Shown one piece after another: positions 61,800-64,000 of a stretch of 64,000 nucleotides of DNA. The stretch is from Bigelowiella natans CCMP2755. Taxonomy: Eukaryota > Protista > Cercozoa. The position numbers were made by a program, and so were the translations under genes. The notes under the pieces were generated by a model. That model was not told the origin of the DNA. It saw nothing but the letters and a program-made list of their open reading frames with translations, and ran no database searches. The stretch spans positions 1 to 64,000 of the forward strand of contig ADNK01003061.1 in NCBI GenBank assembly GCA_000320545.1. Direction: 5' to 3'. Each line of letters starts with the position of its first letter. Position 1 is the first letter of the stretch.

Positions 61800-63597
61800 G
61801 TCGATAAGCAAATACGAACAAATATGTGTGAAGGTACAAAACGATTGCACGCTTCAGTCAGCTGTCATGTTGGAGAGGAAGGAAAAGCTAACGAAAAGAA
61901 TATTAGAAAACTTACTCGTCATTACCCCAACCGCCCTGCAAATTTCTTGGGCAAATTGCCGTCGTCTATTCCTGCTTCATATGGTTCTGAGAGCACCACG
62001 CCATCAATAGAAGGAAGAACGTCTGAGAAAAGTGCGAAAGTGATAACAAATAGCAGACTAGGTAAGAGGAAGAATACTAATGAAGAAAGGGCCAAGAAGA
62101 AAAACCTAGCAACTACTACTTCCATCCCACTGCCAAAGCTGAAAGATCACTTCAAAAACATCACCTTTGTTGAGGAGGTGAATATATATCTTCCATCCTA
62201 TCGAGTAGGGCTGTTGCAATTAATGATGTTTTCTCCTGTGGCCATGTGTTTATAGTAGTAGTACATCGTTACTGATTTTTACATTTGCATTATCAACGCC
62301 TATTGAGCTGCATTGTTTAAAATACCCCTTATCTGATTTTGTAGAACGTTCTCCACAAGAGTGTGAGAGCTACTATGGAATTGCTTGATGGCTGTAAGTG
62401 CAGCACAGGAATCTGCACTCAGGAAACGTAAGAAATTTTACGATGATTAAAATGTATGAACAACTAATAGAAGAAGATGCATCCACGGAAGAGTAGCGTA
62501 ACTAATCAAATGGGAAAAATCGTTACCGAAACCTGACATTGGAAATACAATCGATTGTCGCTACAATATAGTCACCATCATTAGGGTTTTGTCCTCCCGA
62601 TATTATTGGTGTTGTTGTTTCTCCATAATTCGACTTTACTTAGCAGCCATTATTTCGTAGCCATTTGTATGTACTACTCTTCTATAATGATACTTAAATT
62701 CCTCTACATTCCTTTCCTCCTTAATGCCGCTAGGTGTCCCTGCTGTCAAACTTATGGCTATCGTGAATGCAATTCTGAATGCCGTGTACGTAGTACCTGA
62801 TCCTGCCCACACATGCATGCATGCATGCGACAACAAATACTTCATTACTAAAGCCTGATGAGGGGATTTTAGATTTCGCAAAAATAGCGATTATGATCAA
62901 TACGATAATCAAAAAACTGAATCAAACACATCATAAATGAATCAATTATCCCACAAATCTTATAAAGAATAAAACACATACACACATAGTTGTTCGAATA
63001 AATATGAAATGCATATATGTCTTTGTTATATTCCACTGATAACAGATATCCGTTGTGTGTATCTGCCATTATCATCATCATTTTATAGTGCCAGAGCACA
63101 TGCAAGAATAAGCGTATCATCAGCCACTATATTAACCGGAAAAGAAAGCGGATAAAAAGTAGACCGATAATAAGAACGACAAAGAAAGTAGTAGTCGATG
63201 ATAAAACTCAACGCCGCAGGTGAGACGTGTGTACCTACAGTAGTGTAGCATACATAGGAGGATGAGGATGTATTATTAAAACGATATTCAATGCCTTGTT
63301 TCTCGTGTTTGTGTTGTCTGCCTTAGAGGAAGAAAGAACGTGGGTCTTGATCAAATTCGAAGCAGTAACTATGCTGGAGAGATCCGCAACAACGCCAATG
63401 CTGCTGAAGCTGCTGTTGCTACTGCTACTACTGTTGATCATAATAATAATGGTTATGATTGCGCCAGGGATGATGGCATCGACGATGATAATGATGATTT
63501 GGAGGTGTTTTGGCACTCAAATATGAAGCAATACGGTCTTCGCACACGAAACGATATATCCAAAGGGACTATGATTCTAGAGTACGACGTGCCAATA

Positions 63598-63638
<41 letters not shown>

Positions 63639-64000
63639 CTACCGATTTACTATTGTCATGGCAAACTATCTCTTTGACACTACCAGTGCACCATTACTAT
63701 CCCAAACGCTAATGGCATCACAGGTGTTGCTGTGACGGGAAAGACAGCTATTGAATATTTCCCAACATCGTCAGATGTTTTTATAGAACAAAAATGTCAC
63801 AAATTTCTGATTGTGTGTTTTCGTCTTTTTGTATTGGGTGTTCAGATATTTAGGGGAGATAATCGATATCAGAGAATTTCAGGTGCGAGATAGATATATT
63901 TGCAACAACTAACCAAAAAGGTGGTGTATATAGGTGTGAGCACCGTTATTATATTTATATTTTGCACATCAAGATAATAGTACGGTGTTATTGATGACGA
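61800..64000 (+). CDS. SET-domain lysine methyltransferase with Cys-rich pre-SET/AWS-like region; multi-exon, truncated by the window end
   Basis: Exons GCKCSTGICTQE (~62390), CPCCQTYGYRECNSECR (~62740), LEVFWHSNMKQYGLRTRNDISKGTMILEY (~63500-63585) and YLGEIID (~63850), the start of a SET domain. Start uncertain. Confidence 0.8.

Noticed and set aside
62581-62590. ttaggg telomere-like motif
   Set aside because: Single copy, expected by chance.
61800-64000. SET-domain gene as a component of the hypermutation system
   Set aside because: Adjacency alone is not evidence in a eukaryotic genome, and no deaminase or DNA methyltransferase was recognised in the window.

Overview
Eukaryotic nuclear DNA with intron-rich genes and microsatellite-filled introns. 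It is probably a protist or alga; a chlorarachniophyte-like host is only a weak guess. Host genes are an AidB/ACAD11-like acyl-CoA dehydrogenase (-), NOC3 (-), FRA10AC1-like (+), acid ceramidase/NAAA-like (-), an intronless monothiol glutaredoxin (+), a C2-domain myotubularin (+), a duplicated C2H2 zinc-finger gene and Pro-rich gene (-), and a SET-domain methyltransferase (+, runs off the window). Mobile DNA is nested: a full-length Ty3/Gypsy element (50335-57961; two 853-bp LTRs; CGCAT target-site duplication, TSD) carries a Copia-type solo LTR in its RNase H and sits in one arm of a long terminal-inverted-repeat (TIR) cargo element. There is also a Copia 5' fragment, a MITE and a partly deleted tandem duplication. 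Main observation: the transposon DNA, and a few hundred bp around it, has been hypermutated at TpA dinucleotides on both strands (TA->TG or TA->CA, i.e. A:T->G:C). I find no Tyr in about 2,000 codons of gag-pol, with conserved Tyr replaced by His or Cys. Paralogous copies fix the direction of change, the two LTRs were mutated independently after insertion, the effect fades with distance, and CTA/TAG contexts survive preferentially. This looks like a genome-defence process analogous to fungal repeat-induced point mutation (RIP) but acting on A:T pairs. No candidate enzyme is visible in this window. All alignments and counts were done by eye.
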